60,419 nucleotides of DNA, from positions 1 to 60,419 of the forward strand of contig JBBRHF010000001.1 in assembly GCA_038223055.1 (NCBI GenBank), written 5' to 3'. The DNA comes from Actinomycetes bacterium (GTDB taxonomy: Bacteria > Actinomycetota > Actinomycetes > JACCUZ01). Numbering within the stretch: the stretch's first letter is position 1; the number at the start of each line of letters is the position of its first letter. Below the pieces are notes generated by a model, which worked only from the letters and a program-made list of their open reading frames with translations, had not been told where the DNA came from and did not search any database. Below, in pieces: positions 24,417 to 33,530 of the stretch. Position numbers and translations under genes: made by a program.

Positions 24417-26060
24417 CTAGACCGAGGCCGGTGTGACGTTCTTGTTGGCTCGGTAGGAAGCGGCCCACGACTCACGCTCGGAGTCCGACATCTCGTTCAG
24501 GGTGATGTTCGGGCTGCCGAACTGGATGCCGCGCACGTCGTCCAAGGTCCACAGCTTCTTCGGGTCGCTGAGGTCGAGGTGCGGCTGCGGGATGAGCGTC
24601 TTGCCGTCATCGCGCACGTAGCCGAGATCGGAGATGATGTCGGCCAAGTCCTGTCCGTGGTAGAGGGTCTCCCACTCGCGCTTGCCGGTGAGCCGACCCA
24701 TGTTCGGGGTGTCCCGACCTTCGTACTGCGGGCGGAACGCCACCGCATCGGTCCAGTGGCAGGTTTCCGAACAGTAGGTGCGCCACTGCCCGTCGACCTT
24801 CTCGACCACCAGGTCCTCGCGGATGAGGGCCGGCACCATGCAACTCCAACACCGGTGGGGGTACTCGTAGCCGACGTCCTCGAATGCGATCGGCTTGTTC
24901 TTGCCGGGGTAGGCAAGCCGGTTGTAGGCCTCCCACCAGCGACCGAACTGGTCGTACCAGCCAGGATATTTGTGCTCGAACCACTCGAAATCGGTGTCGG
25001 TCATGGCGTCGATGCGCCAGTAGTTGACCGGCCACCCGGTGGCGAAGAACTGGGCCACGCGGTGCACATAGTGCTTGTTGTAGATCCGGTCCCAGGCCAG
25101 CTCGACCAGGTCGTGCGGGATGACCAGGCCGTACTTCTCCAGCGGGATGAGGTAGCTGCGGTAGTAGTCGTCGTAGATCCAGCGGCGCCACATCTCGGCG
25201 TAGGAGTCCCGGTCCTTGCGCCGGTCCTTCGTGCCGTATTCGATGAAGGTGCCGATGGCGGCGTCGACGACGCAGTGGTTGTTCCACCACGCGTAGCGCA
25301 GGTCGCGCTCGAGCAGCTGGCGGTTGTCCTCGTCGGCCAAGGCCATCAGCAGGATGGAGTAGCCGTTGGAGATGTGGCGCGACTCGTCGGACTGCACCGA
25401 GTGGAACACGGTCGGGAGCAGGTAGTCCCCGTTGGCCGCAGCCTCCGAGGGCATGGCGACGAACAGCGTGTTCGTGAATGCGGTCTCTGCCACGAGCGTC
25501 AGGTAGACGTTGGCGGCGGTGATCGCGTCACCGGTGATGAAGCCCTCGCCGAACTGACGGCCGATGGTGCCGCAGTAACTGTTGGCGAACGCCTTCTCGG
25601 TGATGTCGAAGCCGGCCGGGTCGATGTAGTGGTTCATGTAGAGGCGCTTGAGGTTCATCTGGATCGTCGAGTGGCGCACCTCGTCGATCATCTGGACCGC
25701 AAGGCCGTTGTGGATCTGCGGGTTGGGCACGGCGTCGATCGCCAGCGGCATCGCGCGGGCGGCGGAGATCTCCGGGAACGGGATGATGGACAGGAACAGC
25801 TTCTGCCACTCCATCCAGCGTTCCTGGACCTGCCGGAACATGTTGCCGCGAATTGCGCCGTCCATGGCGCCGAAGACGCGGTTGTCCTTTTCCTCCTCCA
25901 TCGGGAAGTAGGAGCGCAGGATCTGCTTGAGCGGGTCCTTCTTGGGTGACTTGTCGAACGAGTAGTCGGTGCCGAACCGGGTCGCCGGAGTGGCGAAGGT
26001 CGGCTCCCATGACAATTCGGTGATCTTGGCGTGGGCCTTGCTGAGACTCTGTCTGCTCAC
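24417..26060 (-). CDS. soluble di-iron monooxygenase alpha (large) hydroxylase subunit (propane/acetone/phenol MimA/PrmA-type)
   Basis: GTG at 26060 preceded by GAGGAAGG. Two E...EX2H di-iron motifs (MIDEVRHST and [11 protein letters not shown]). C-terminal CWSC...CSETCHW cysteine cluster typical of this SDIMO group. 547 aa. Confidence 0.9.
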   Translation of the reverse strand: MSRQSLSKAHAKITELSWEPTFATPATRFGTDYSFDKSPKKDPLKQILRSYFPMEEEKDNRVFGAMDGAIRGNMFRQVQERWMEWQKLFLSIIPFPEISAARAMPLAIDAVPNPQIHNGLAVQMIDEVRHSTIQMNLKRLYMNHYIDPAGFDITEKAFANSYCGTIGRQFGEGFITGDAITAANVYLTLVAETAFTNTLFVAMPSEAAANGDYLLPTVFHSVQSDESRHISNGYSILLMALADEDNRQLLERDLRYAWWNNHCVVDAAIGTFIEYGTKDRRKDRDSYAEMWRRWIYDDYYRSYLIPLEKYGLVIPHDLVELAWDRIYNKHYVHRVAQFFATGWPVNYWRIDAMTDTDFEWFEHKYPGWYDQFGRWWEAYNRLAYPGKNKPIAFEDVGYEYPHRCWSCMVPALIREDLVVEKVDGQWRTYCSETCHWTDAVAFRPQYEGRDTPNMGRLTGKREWETLYHGQDLADIISDLGYVRDDGKTLIPQPHLDLSDPKKLWTLDDVRGIQFGSPNITLNEMSDSERESWAASYRANKNVTPASV

Positions 26061-26270
26061 CGTTCTTTTTCCTTCCTCGGGCTGGGTTCCGTGAGGCGGG
26101 CCTGTGCGCCCGGGCGTTGGCGATCCGGCAGCCCGTCCCCGGTGCCGGGCTAAGCGGAACTGCCGTCGCCGTGCAAAAGTCATCACAACCCCTGACGTGA
26201 CCTTTGGCCGTCTCATTCTGAGATCTCCGTCACATTGCCGTTGCATACTCTTAACACGAGGGCTGGGTGG

Positions 26271-26310
26271 ACGGACGTGAGAACGGACGTAGAACGGACG
26301 TAGAACGGAG
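26271..26310. promoter_or_regulatory. about 3.5 tandem 11-12-bp direct repeats (ACGGACGT[AG]GA) in the divergent control region
   Basis: acggacgtgaga acggacgtaga acggacgtaga acggag. Ends 8 nt before the regulator GTG and lies about 210-250 nt upstream of the alpha-subunit start. Confidence 0.6.
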
Positions 26311-26318
26311 TTCCATAC

Positions 26319-28124
26319 GTGCAGAAGTCAGGCCAAATACCGCAGATCGATGACCGCAGCGTGGCCAGTGCGAGAGAACAGTTCCTGACCCAGGACGCGG
26401 AACCGGCAGCCCAGGTCCGGCGGATGATTCTCGCCTCGTGGAAGCGCTCGCGGGAGAACGACGTCGGCATCGACCGGATCACGATCCCTTATGTCCGGGA
26501 TCCTGACCTCGAGGCGCCGCTGTGTCGCAGCGCCGCGCCCATCCTGGACACCCTCGGCCAGCAGCTGCACAGTGAATCGGTGAGCATCATTTTGACCGAC
26601 AGCACCGGTCTGGTGCTGGACCGGCGCTGTTCGGGCAGTGACATCACCCGCCGGCTGGACGAGGTCCGCCTGGCGCCGGGGTTCAGCTACGCCGAGGAGT
26701 TCGCCGGGACCAACGGCATCGGCACCTCCCTCAGCAGCGGACGGGCGACGCTGGTCGACGGGCGGGAGCACTACGCCCACGAACTCGGGCAGTTCGCGTG
26801 TGCCGGTGCGCCGATCCGGCACCCGACCCGGGGCAAGGTCGTCGGCCTGCTGGACCTGACCGCCTGGAGTCACACTCCCGGGGCGATGCTCACCGCGCTG
26901 GCCTCAGCGACCGCCAGGCAGATAGAGCACGAGTTGCTCGCGCAGACCGGCCTGCGCGAGTTTGCCCTGTTCGCGGAATACCTACGGACGTGTCAGCAGT
27001 CCAACGGCCCGGTGCTCGCGCTCAACAACGACGTCGTGATGAGCAACGACCATCTGCGCCAGATGCTCGACGGGCCCGAGCTGGAGGCACTGATCGGCTA
27101 CGCCGTGGACACGATGCGGGCCGACGACCGCGAGGCGATACGGACCGTGGAGCTGCCGTCGGGCCGGTCGGCCCATCTGCGCTACACACCCGCGCGCTGC
27201 GACTCCGGACCCGCGGGCGGCGTCTTTCGGGTCCGGCTGGGCCAGCCCGTCAGCACGCTGGCAGCCGAAGGCCGGCGCAGCGGCCGCAGCCAGACCCCCC
27301 CGACGATGCCCGGCCTCGTGGGCGCAGGCGCGGTGTGGCGGGCTTGCATCGCGCAGGTGGATTCCTGCTACCAGGCCGGCGACTGGGTCGCGCTCGAGGG
27401 CGAGCCGGGGTCCGGGCGGCGCGCGATCCTGCGCGCCGCGCATCGCCTGCACAACCCGGCCGGCCGGTTCCGGGTCATGGAGTCGCCGGCGCCCGGCGGT
27501 TTCGACGACTGGCTTGCCGATCTCGCCGACGAGATCACCGACCCGGATGCCCTCATCGTCCTCACGGGGGCCGATCAGCTCGACGAGGATCAGGTCGCAT
27601 CGGTGAGCGACCTGCTGGCCGAGGCGACGGTCAACGCCGACCACCACGCCCGGGTCGCCCTCACGCTCGCGTCGGGCACCTCGACCCCGCTGTGCTCGAC
27701 CTTCCCCCGCACCGTCGACGTCCCGCCGATGCGGCATCACATCGACGATCTGCCCGATCTCATCCGCCATTTGCTGTCCCAGCTGCCCGACGGTGACCGG
27801 CTGACGTTCTCGGCCAAGGCGTTGGCCCAGCTCAGCCGGCTCAATTGGCCCGGCAACGTCGCCCAGCTGCGAGGGGTCCTCAACTACGTCGTCAAGCATC
27901 GTCGGGCCGGAGTCATCGAACCGGTCGACCTGCCGCCCGAGTGCCGTTCCACCAGCCGGCGAGTCCTCTCCCCGATCGAGGCGATGGAGCGCGACGCGAT
28001 CGTCACCGCCCTGAGCGAAAAGGGTGAGAGCCCCACCACGGCGGCCAGGATGCTGGGCATGTCCCGAGCTACCATCTATCGCAAGATCCGCCACTACGGC
28101 CTCTCGCTGCCGATGTCGCGCTGA
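26319..28124 (+). CDS. GAF-domain / degenerate AAA+ / Fis-type HTH transcriptional activator (AcoR/MimR-like)
   Basis: N-terminus AREQFL...[18 protein letters not shown] (AcoR-type), GAF-like core, [11 protein letters not shown] in place of Walker A GxxGxGKE, and C-terminus [21 protein letters not shown] (HTH_8). Divergent from the monooxygenase operon. Confidence 0.8.
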   Translation: MQKSGQIPQIDDRSVASAREQFLTQDAEPAAQVRRMILASWKRSRENDVGIDRITIPYVRDPDLEAPLCRSAAPILDTLGQQLHSESVSIILTDSTGLVLDRRCSGSDITRRLDEVRLAPGFSYAEEFAGTNGIGTSLSSGRATLVDGREHYAHELGQFACAGAPIRHPTRGKVVGLLDLTAWSHTPGAMLTALASATARQIEHELLAQTGLREFALFAEYLRTCQQSNGPVLALNNDVVMSNDHLRQMLDGPELEALIGYAVDTMRADDREAIRTVELPSGRSAHLRYTPARCDSGPAGGVFRVRLGQPVSTLAAEGRRSGRSQTPPTMPGLVGAGAVWRACIAQVDSCYQAGDWVALEGEPGSGRRAILRAAHRLHNPAGRFRVMESPAPGGFDDWLADLADEITDPDALIVLTGADQLDEDQVASVSDLLAEATVNADHHARVALTLASGTSTPLCSTFPRTVDVPPMRHHIDDLPDLIRHLLSQLPDGDRLTFSAKALAQLSRLNWPGNVAQLRGVLNYVVKHRRAGVIEPVDLPPECRSTSRRVLSPIEAMERDAIVTALSEKGESPTTAARMLGMSRATIYRKIRHYGLSLPMSR

Positions 28125-28222
28125 CCGGGCCCGTGGACCGGGATCGTGGACCGGGCCCGTGGACCGGGCCCGTGACCGGGCCCGTGGACCGGGCCCGTGG
28201 ACCGGGCCCGTGGACCGGGCCC
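28125..28222. repeat. 13-bp tandem array (about 7.5 copies of CCGGGCCCGTGGA) filling the whole convergent intergenic space
   Basis: Starts the base after the regulator TGA (28122-28124) and ends the base before the GGDEF-EAL gene stop (28223-28225). One unit is 12 nt and one has the substitution ccgggatcgtgga. The core CGGGCCCG is self-complementary. Confidence 0.95.
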
Positions 28223-30406
28223 TCAGCCTCCCACGGCGAGCGGAAGCAGACCGCCCGGACGCTCGAGCAAGCGCACGATCTCGGCGGCCGGGACCGGACG
28301 GCTGAACAGGTAGCCCTGGCCGTGGGGCACTCCCAGCGCCACCACCGTGCGCAGCTCGGCCACGGTCTCGATGCCCTCGGCGCAGACAAGGTTACCCGCA
28401 AGCACGGCGTGACACGCCACGGATTCCACCACGGAACGGCTTCCGCCGTCGTCCTCGATGCCGGTGATCAAGCTCCGGTCGATCTTGACGATCTCGGGGC
28501 GTAGGCCGATCATCCGGCGCAGGTTGGAGAACCCGACCCCGAAGTCATCGATGGCCAGCGTCGCTCCCCGGCGGCGCAGGTCGCGGAGGATGTCGACGTC
28601 GGTCGAGTCCGAGGAGATGTCCTGCTCGGTGATCTCCACGACGACGGCACGAAGGTCCACCGGGAGGGCGGCGAGAATCTGGGGGGTCACCAAGCCCCGC
28701 GCGCTGATGTTGACGTGGATCGGAAGGTCCCCGAACCGATGACGTTCGGCGAGCGCCGCGCGGATAGCGCTCGCCTCGAGCTCGGGACCGTGCCCGCGAA
28801 GCCAGGCGCGAGCGAAGACCTCGTCCGGCGGCAGTGCCGATTCGTCGAACCGCGACAGCGCCTCAACGGCCACCATGGCGCCGGTTGCGAGGTCGACGAC
28901 GGGCTGGAAGACCATCCGCGGGGTGAGCAGCGACGCGAGATCGCCGTCCCGGTCGGCGGGGCCGCTCGCAGCCGTGGCGACCCTGACGGCGTCACGGCCG
29001 GAGCGCTTGGCGGCGTACAGAGCGGCGTCGGCCCGCAGCATGAGGTCCCCGATCGCCTCGCGTGGAGTCCAGACGGCGATCCCTGCCGAAGCACTCTGCC
29101 CGTCGGGCACCAGCGAGCACAGCGAGTCGACGATCTGCTCCACCTCGGCCAGGGTCAGGCCCGACACCGCGAGAGCAAACTCCTCGCCGCCGTAACGGGC
29201 CAGCACGCCGCGCCCGGCCACCTGTGAGCGCCACACCGAGGACAGCTCCATCAGCAGCCGGTCACCGGCGAGGTGGCCGCGGGTGTCGTTGTAGCGCTTG
29301 AAGTGGTCGAGGTCGAACAGCGCGACGATCACCAGCCGCCCCCGCTCGCGGGCGTCGTCGGTCACCCGGACCAGCTCATGGTCCCAGGTGCCGCGGTTGG
29401 GCATGCCGGTGAGAGCGTCGCTGCGCGCCATCGCCTCCAGCAGCGCCGACTGCGCCTGAACCTGGCGCAGCAGCCCCGCCACGCGCAGCAGCACGAGCAT
29501 GAACAGCGCGATCGACCCGCAGGCGACGAACACCGGGTGCAACGGGTTCCCGAGCCACACCTGGAGCACCAGGGTGCCGGGGGCGAGGACGGCGGCGGCG
29601 CTGAGCAGGACCAGCCGCCCCCAGCCGAGCTGATCGTCCTGGCGTGGGGCCGCATCGAGCAAGCGCGGCGCGGACCGGTGCAGCGCGGCGAGGCCGAGGA
29701 GCAGGTAGAGCTGCATCCAGCCGACGTCGAGCCAGGGCTGATGATCGGTCTCGGTGCCGTTGATGACCAGGAAGTTGAACGTCGCATCGCTGACCAGGAC
29801 CGCCGCCACGCTGACGCTCAGAGCCCAGAACGCGAGCAGGCGCCGGCCAGGAGTGAAGGCCAGCCGCGCGACCATCGACACGAGCAGCAGGTCACCGACC
29901 GGGTAGGCGAAGGACACGGCCCGGCTCCACAGGGAGGAGGTCGAGTCGGTCAACGCCGGGAGCACGAACACGACCCCGACGAGGACCCCCAGCCCGGTGG
30001 TGACGATGCCGGCATCCAGCAGGGCCGCTCGATCGCCGCCCGGGCGGCGGCCACGGACGAGCCACGCCAACCCCAGCGACAGCGCCGGGTAGCCCGACAC
30101 GTAGAGCACGTCGGCAACCGAGGGAAACGGGTCGATGTGCCAGACCAGGTCTTCCAGGGTCCAGATCGCGTCGCCGACCAAGAACAGGGCCACGCCGAGG
30201 CTCAGCGCGACCCACACCCGACGGCCGGGGCCACCGTGGCGCCGAACGGCCGCCATCGTCATGGCGACCCCGATCGCTGACACCCCGAGGTACCACAAGG
30301 AGCCCAGGACGTGGTGGCTGACGAGGAACGGGTAGGCCAGGCAGGCGAGCTCACCGGCACCGAAGACGGCCCAGATCGCGCGATCTCCACCTCGGCGAGT
30401 GCTCAC
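28223..30406 (-). CDS. membrane-bound GGDEF-EAL protein (diguanylate cyclase/phosphodiesterase) with polytopic N-terminal sensor
   Basis: About 8-9 N-terminal TM helices. GGDEF domain: DALTGMPNRG...LFDLDHFKRYNDTRGHLAGD...ARYGGEEFA. EAL domain: VFQPVVDLATG..VAVEALSRF, AIDDFGVGFSNL, EGIET. GTG start. Confidence 0.9.
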   Translation of the reverse strand: MSTRRGGDRAIWAVFGAGELACLAYPFLVSHHVLGSLWYLGVSAIGVAMTMAAVRRHGGPGRRVWVALSLGVALFLVGDAIWTLEDLVWHIDPFPSVADVLYVSGYPALSLGLAWLVRGRRPGGDRAALLDAGIVTTGLGVLVGVVFVLPALTDSTSSLWSRAVSFAYPVGDLLLVSMVARLAFTPGRRLLAFWALSVSVAAVLVSDATFNFLVINGTETDHQPWLDVGWMQLYLLLGLAALHRSAPRLLDAAPRQDDQLGWGRLVLLSAAAVLAPGTLVLQVWLGNPLHPVFVACGSIALFMLVLLRVAGLLRQVQAQSALLEAMARSDALTGMPNRGTWDHELVRVTDDARERGRLVIVALFDLDHFKRYNDTRGHLAGDRLLMELSSVWRSQVAGRGVLARYGGEEFALAVSGLTLAEVEQIVDSLCSLVPDGQSASAGIAVWTPREAIGDLMLRADAALYAAKRSGRDAVRVATAASGPADRDGDLASLLTPRMVFQPVVDLATGAMVAVEALSRFDESALPPDEVFARAWLRGHGPELEASAIRAALAERHRFGDLPIHVNISARGLVTPQILAALPVDLRAVVVEITEQDISSDSTDVDILRDLRRRGATLAIDDFGVGFSNLRRMIGLRPEIVKIDRSLITGIEDDGGSRSVVESVACHAVLAGNLVCAEGIETVAELRTVVALGVPHGQGYLFSRPVPAAEIVRLLERPGGLLPLAVGG

Positions 30407-30491
30407 AGACGGTGCTTCGGCCCGACCATGCCCAGCCTTGAGCGCCGGGCCAGTCCAGACGGTCTCCAGCGGGCGTCTGGCCTGGCGGGGA

Positions 30492-31340
30492 TCACCCAGA
30501 CCCGCTGACGCTTGCCTCGGGTTGCGCCTGCCGGGCCATGGCGATGGCCGCGCCGACGGTCAGCACGAAACCGGCCGCGGCCTCGGGGGCGTAACCGGGG
30601 CGGGCCGAATCCCCCAGCAACAGCAGGCCCACCGCCGCCGGGAGCACCGTCTCCACCGCGAAGTTGATTGCGACCGCGACCGTCACCGACCCGCGCTGCA
30701 GGGCGGCGGCGAACAACATCATCCCGAGCAGCCCATAGCCCGCCACGGCGTAGGCCAGCGGGTCGCCGGCGAGGTGCCACACCGGGTGGGGGACCACGAG
30801 GGACCTGGCGGCGATGCCCACCCCGCCGAACGCGGCGCCGGCGGCCACGGCGAGCGCCGGAACAGCGGCCCGGGGCGGCGTGCGGATGGCCAATGCGCCG
30901 GCCACCAGCACCACCGCGACTCCCGCCAGAACCAGCCACCCACCACGCGCAGAGAGCCGCTGCGCGGCGTCGGGCTGGGCGCTGGCCGCCAGCAGCACCA
31001 GACCGATCCCGAGCCCGGTCAGCGCGACCCAGTCCGCCGGGACCAGCCGCGCGCCGAGCAGCCGCCAGGCAAGGATGGCCGTGATCCCGACGCTGGACGC
31101 AATCGCGGCCTGCACGAGAAACAGAGGCAGCGAGCGCAAGGCGACCAGCGAGGCGAGGAACCCGATCCCGTCCAAGGCCAGACCCACGACGTACGGCGTC
31201 TGGCGGGTCAGCCGCCACACCAGCCCCAGGTCGAGCCCACCACGCACCGACTCGCGTCGCACCGCGACGGCCTGGCAGACCGAGGCCGCGCCATAGCACA
31301 GGGCGGCACCGGCTGCTCCGATGGCGGCAAGGACGACCAC
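30492..31340 (-). CDS. polytopic membrane protein (DMT/EamA-like topology, about 9-10 TM)
   Basis: Hydrophobic throughout with two similar halves. GTG start. Family assignment is tentative. Confidence 0.55.
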   Translation of the reverse strand: MVVLAAIGAAGAALCYGAASVCQAVAVRRESVRGGLDLGLVWRLTRQTPYVVGLALDGIGFLASLVALRSLPLFLVQAAIASSVGITAILAWRLLGARLVPADWVALTGLGIGLVLLAASAQPDAAQRLSARGGWLVLAGVAVVLVAGALAIRTPPRAAVPALAVAAGAAFGGVGIAARSLVVPHPVWHLAGDPLAYAVAGYGLLGMMLFAAALQRGSVTVAVAINFAVETVLPAAVGLLLLGDSARPGYAPEAAAGFVLTVGAAIAMARQAQPEASVSGSG

Positions 31341-31351
31341 CCTCGGACGCT

Positions 31352-33493
31352 ATGCCACCCAGCTACAGGAGGGCGTGCCGCCTGCCGATGCACCGCTACA
31401 TGAGCGTACCGACGTCACCGAGCGGGGCCGCGCGCGTCACCAGCCTGCGAACCCGGTGGAACCGCGCCTTTGCCCTGCTCGCCGTGCTCGTCGTGTTGAG
31501 CGGAACGGCCAGCGTTCTGAGCACCCGACTGCTGGTCGGCGCCTTCCGGGACTCGGCCAATCGGGTCGAGCGCGAGATCACCAGCGACACCCAGCTTCGC
31601 GGCGATGTCACCGCTCTGTCCGTGGTGTTCGCCGGGCCGACGGACGCCACCTGGGCGGCCCGGATTGACGCCGGCGCGGCCAAGATCCAGACCGAGTTCG
31701 CCCAGGCGATCACCAACGAACAGACTCCAGGCGCCAGGAGGCTGCTCGAAGCCGCCCGCGTGCAGTGGCAGTCGCAGCTGGACGCCGGCGGGTCAACGAC
31801 CAGTCCCACCGACCCACTCACCCGCGGCACGGCAACGGCGACCCACGCCCCCAAGGTGCTGGCCCTGCTTGGCCGGGCGGGTGCGACCAGCCGCTCCGCG
31901 GTGCGCGACGACCTGGCCCGAGCCAGCCGCATCGAGCACCGGGTGATTTTTCTCCTGGCTTTGCTCGGGTTGCTCACCATCGCGATGGCCGTGAGCCTGG
32001 CTCGACGGCTGTCGACCCAGGTGCTGCGTCCCGTGGCCAGCTTGCAGGACTCGGCGCTGCACCTGACCGCGGGCGAGCTCGATCACCGCGCCGTCGTCGA
32101 CCGGGCCGACGAGCTGGGCGACCTGGCGGTCAGCTTCAACGCCATGGCCGACGCCATCTCCGACAGCCAACGGACCCTGACCCATGAGGCCAACACCGAC
32201 GCGCTCAGCGGGCTGGCCAACCGGACCGCATTCGGCGTCCGGCTCGCAGCCACCCTGGAGCGACCGAACCGGCGCAGCGGCGATCAGGCGGTGCTGTTCG
32301 TGGACCTCGACGACTTCAAGGACGTCAACGACACGCTGGGGCACGCCGCCGGTGACGAGCTGTTGCAGGTCGCAGCCGGCCGCCTTCTCGACGCCGTGCG
32401 GCCCGGCGATCTGGTGGCCCGCCTGGGCGGGGACGAGTTCGCCGTGCTGCTGGACGGCCTGCCCGAGCCGGCCGTGGCCCTGGCGGTGGCGCAGCGGGTG
32501 GTGACGGCCCTCGCCGACCCCGTGCAGACCGGATCGTGCCAGGCGCGCGTGGGCGCCAGCGTGGGGTTGGCCATGCGGCGTGAAGACTCCACCGTCGGCG
32601 AGCTGATGCGCGAGGCCGATGTGGCCATGTACGCCGCGAAGACCAAGGGCAAGAACCGCGTCGAGCTCTACGACCCCAGCCTGGACCACCTCGCGATCCA
32701 GCACCGCGCGCTCAAGAGCGATCTGGACGTGGCAGTCGCTCGCGGCGAGCTCGTCGTCGACTACCAGCCGATGGTCGACCTCGGGACCGGAGAACTCGTC
32801 GGCATGGAGGCGTTGGTCCGCTGGGCGCACCCCACCCGGGGCCTGCTGCCCCCCTCGGAGTTCATCGAGCTGGCCGAGGAATCCGGCGCCATCGTCGGCA
32901 TCGGCGCCTTCGTCCTGGCGACGGCCACCCACCATCTGCACGACTGGCAGCGGCGGTTCCGGCTGCCCAGCCTGTGGGTCTCGGTCAACGTGTCGGTGAG
33001 CGAGCTGGAGCGGGCGAACTTCACCGAGGGCGTCACCGACGTTCTGCGCGACACCGGCCTCGACCCGACCACCCTCGTGCTCGAGGTCACCGAAACCGTG
33101 CTCGCCGACCCCACCGGCGGGGTGGCGGGCGCCCTGGCGGCTCTGCGCCGCGCCGGCGTACGGATCGCCCTGGACGACTTCGGCAGTGGCTTCTCCTCGA
33201 TCGGCTACCTGCGCCAGTTCCCCATCGACGTCCTGAAGATCGACCGGTCTTTCCTGTCAGGCACCACCCCGGGAGGCCGCGCCGGCGCGCTTCTGGAGGC
33301 GATCGTGGCCATGGGCGCGCGACTCGGTCTGGACGTCATCCCGGAAGGCATCGAGGAGCCCGAACAGCTGTCCCGGCTGCGGGCTATGGGTTGCCGCATC
33401 GGCCAGGGCTTCCTGATGTCTCGGCCCGTCTCGGCCAGCGCCATCGAGGCGCTCCTGGTGGCGCCGGTGCAACTGCCGGTGCCGGTGGCCTAA
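31352..33493 (+). CDS. HAMP-GGDEF-EAL signalling protein
   Basis: TM + HAMP (ELGDLAVSFNAMADAI). GGDEF domain (DALSGLANRT...FVDLDDFKDVNDTLGHAAGD...ARLGGDEFA). EAL domain (YQPMVDLGTGELVGMEALVRW, ALDDFGSGFSSI, EGIEE). The longest-ORF start is only 11 nt from the divergent gene, so the true start is probably ATG 31388 or 31400. Confidence 0.85.
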   Translation: MPPSYRRACRLPMHRYMSVPTSPSGAARVTSLRTRWNRAFALLAVLVVLSGTASVLSTRLLVGAFRDSANRVEREITSDTQLRGDVTALSVVFAGPTDATWAARIDAGAAKIQTEFAQAITNEQTPGARRLLEAARVQWQSQLDAGGSTTSPTDPLTRGTATATHAPKVLALLGRAGATSRSAVRDDLARASRIEHRVIFLLALLGLLTIAMAVSLARRLSTQVLRPVASLQDSALHLTAGELDHRAVVDRADELGDLAVSFNAMADAISDSQRTLTHEANTDALSGLANRTAFGVRLAATLERPNRRSGDQAVLFVDLDDFKDVNDTLGHAAGDELLQVAAGRLLDAVRPGDLVARLGGDEFAVLLDGLPEPAVALAVAQRVVTALADPVQTGSCQARVGASVGLAMRREDSTVGELMREADVAMYAAKTKGKNRVELYDPSLDHLAIQHRALKSDLDVAVARGELVVDYQPMVDLGTGELVGMEALVRWAHPTRGLLPPSEFIELAEESGAIVGIGAFVLATATHHLHDWQRRFRLPSLWVSVNVSVSELERANFTEGVTDVLRDTGLDPTTLVLEVTETVLADPTGGVAGALAALRRAGVRIALDDFGSGFSSIGYLRQFPIDVLKIDRSFLSGTTPGGRAGALLEAIVAMGARLGLDVIPEGIEEPEQLSRLRAMGCRIGQGFLMSRPVSASAIEALLVAPVQLPVPVA

Positions 33494-33521
33494 CCCCGCG
33501 GCGCGGAAAACGGGGCCGCGG
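33494..33521. terminator. possible bidirectional hairpin between convergent genes
   Basis: ccCCGCGGC-gcggaaaacggg-GCCGCGG gives a 7-bp GC stem with no clear U-tract. Confidence 0.25.
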
Positions 33522-33530
33522 ATAACAGGC

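Noticed and set aside
26061-26270. Sigma-54 (-24 TGGCAC / -12 TTGC) promoter upstream of the monooxygenase alpha-subunit gene.
   Set aside because: Reading both strands, I found no GG-N10-GC element with the proper flanks. The regulator also lacks sigma-54 contact motifs.
28125-28222. Possible CRISPR array.
   Set aside because: The units are 13 bp, directly abutting with no spacers, and there are no cas genes in the window. This is a minisatellite, not a CRISPR array.
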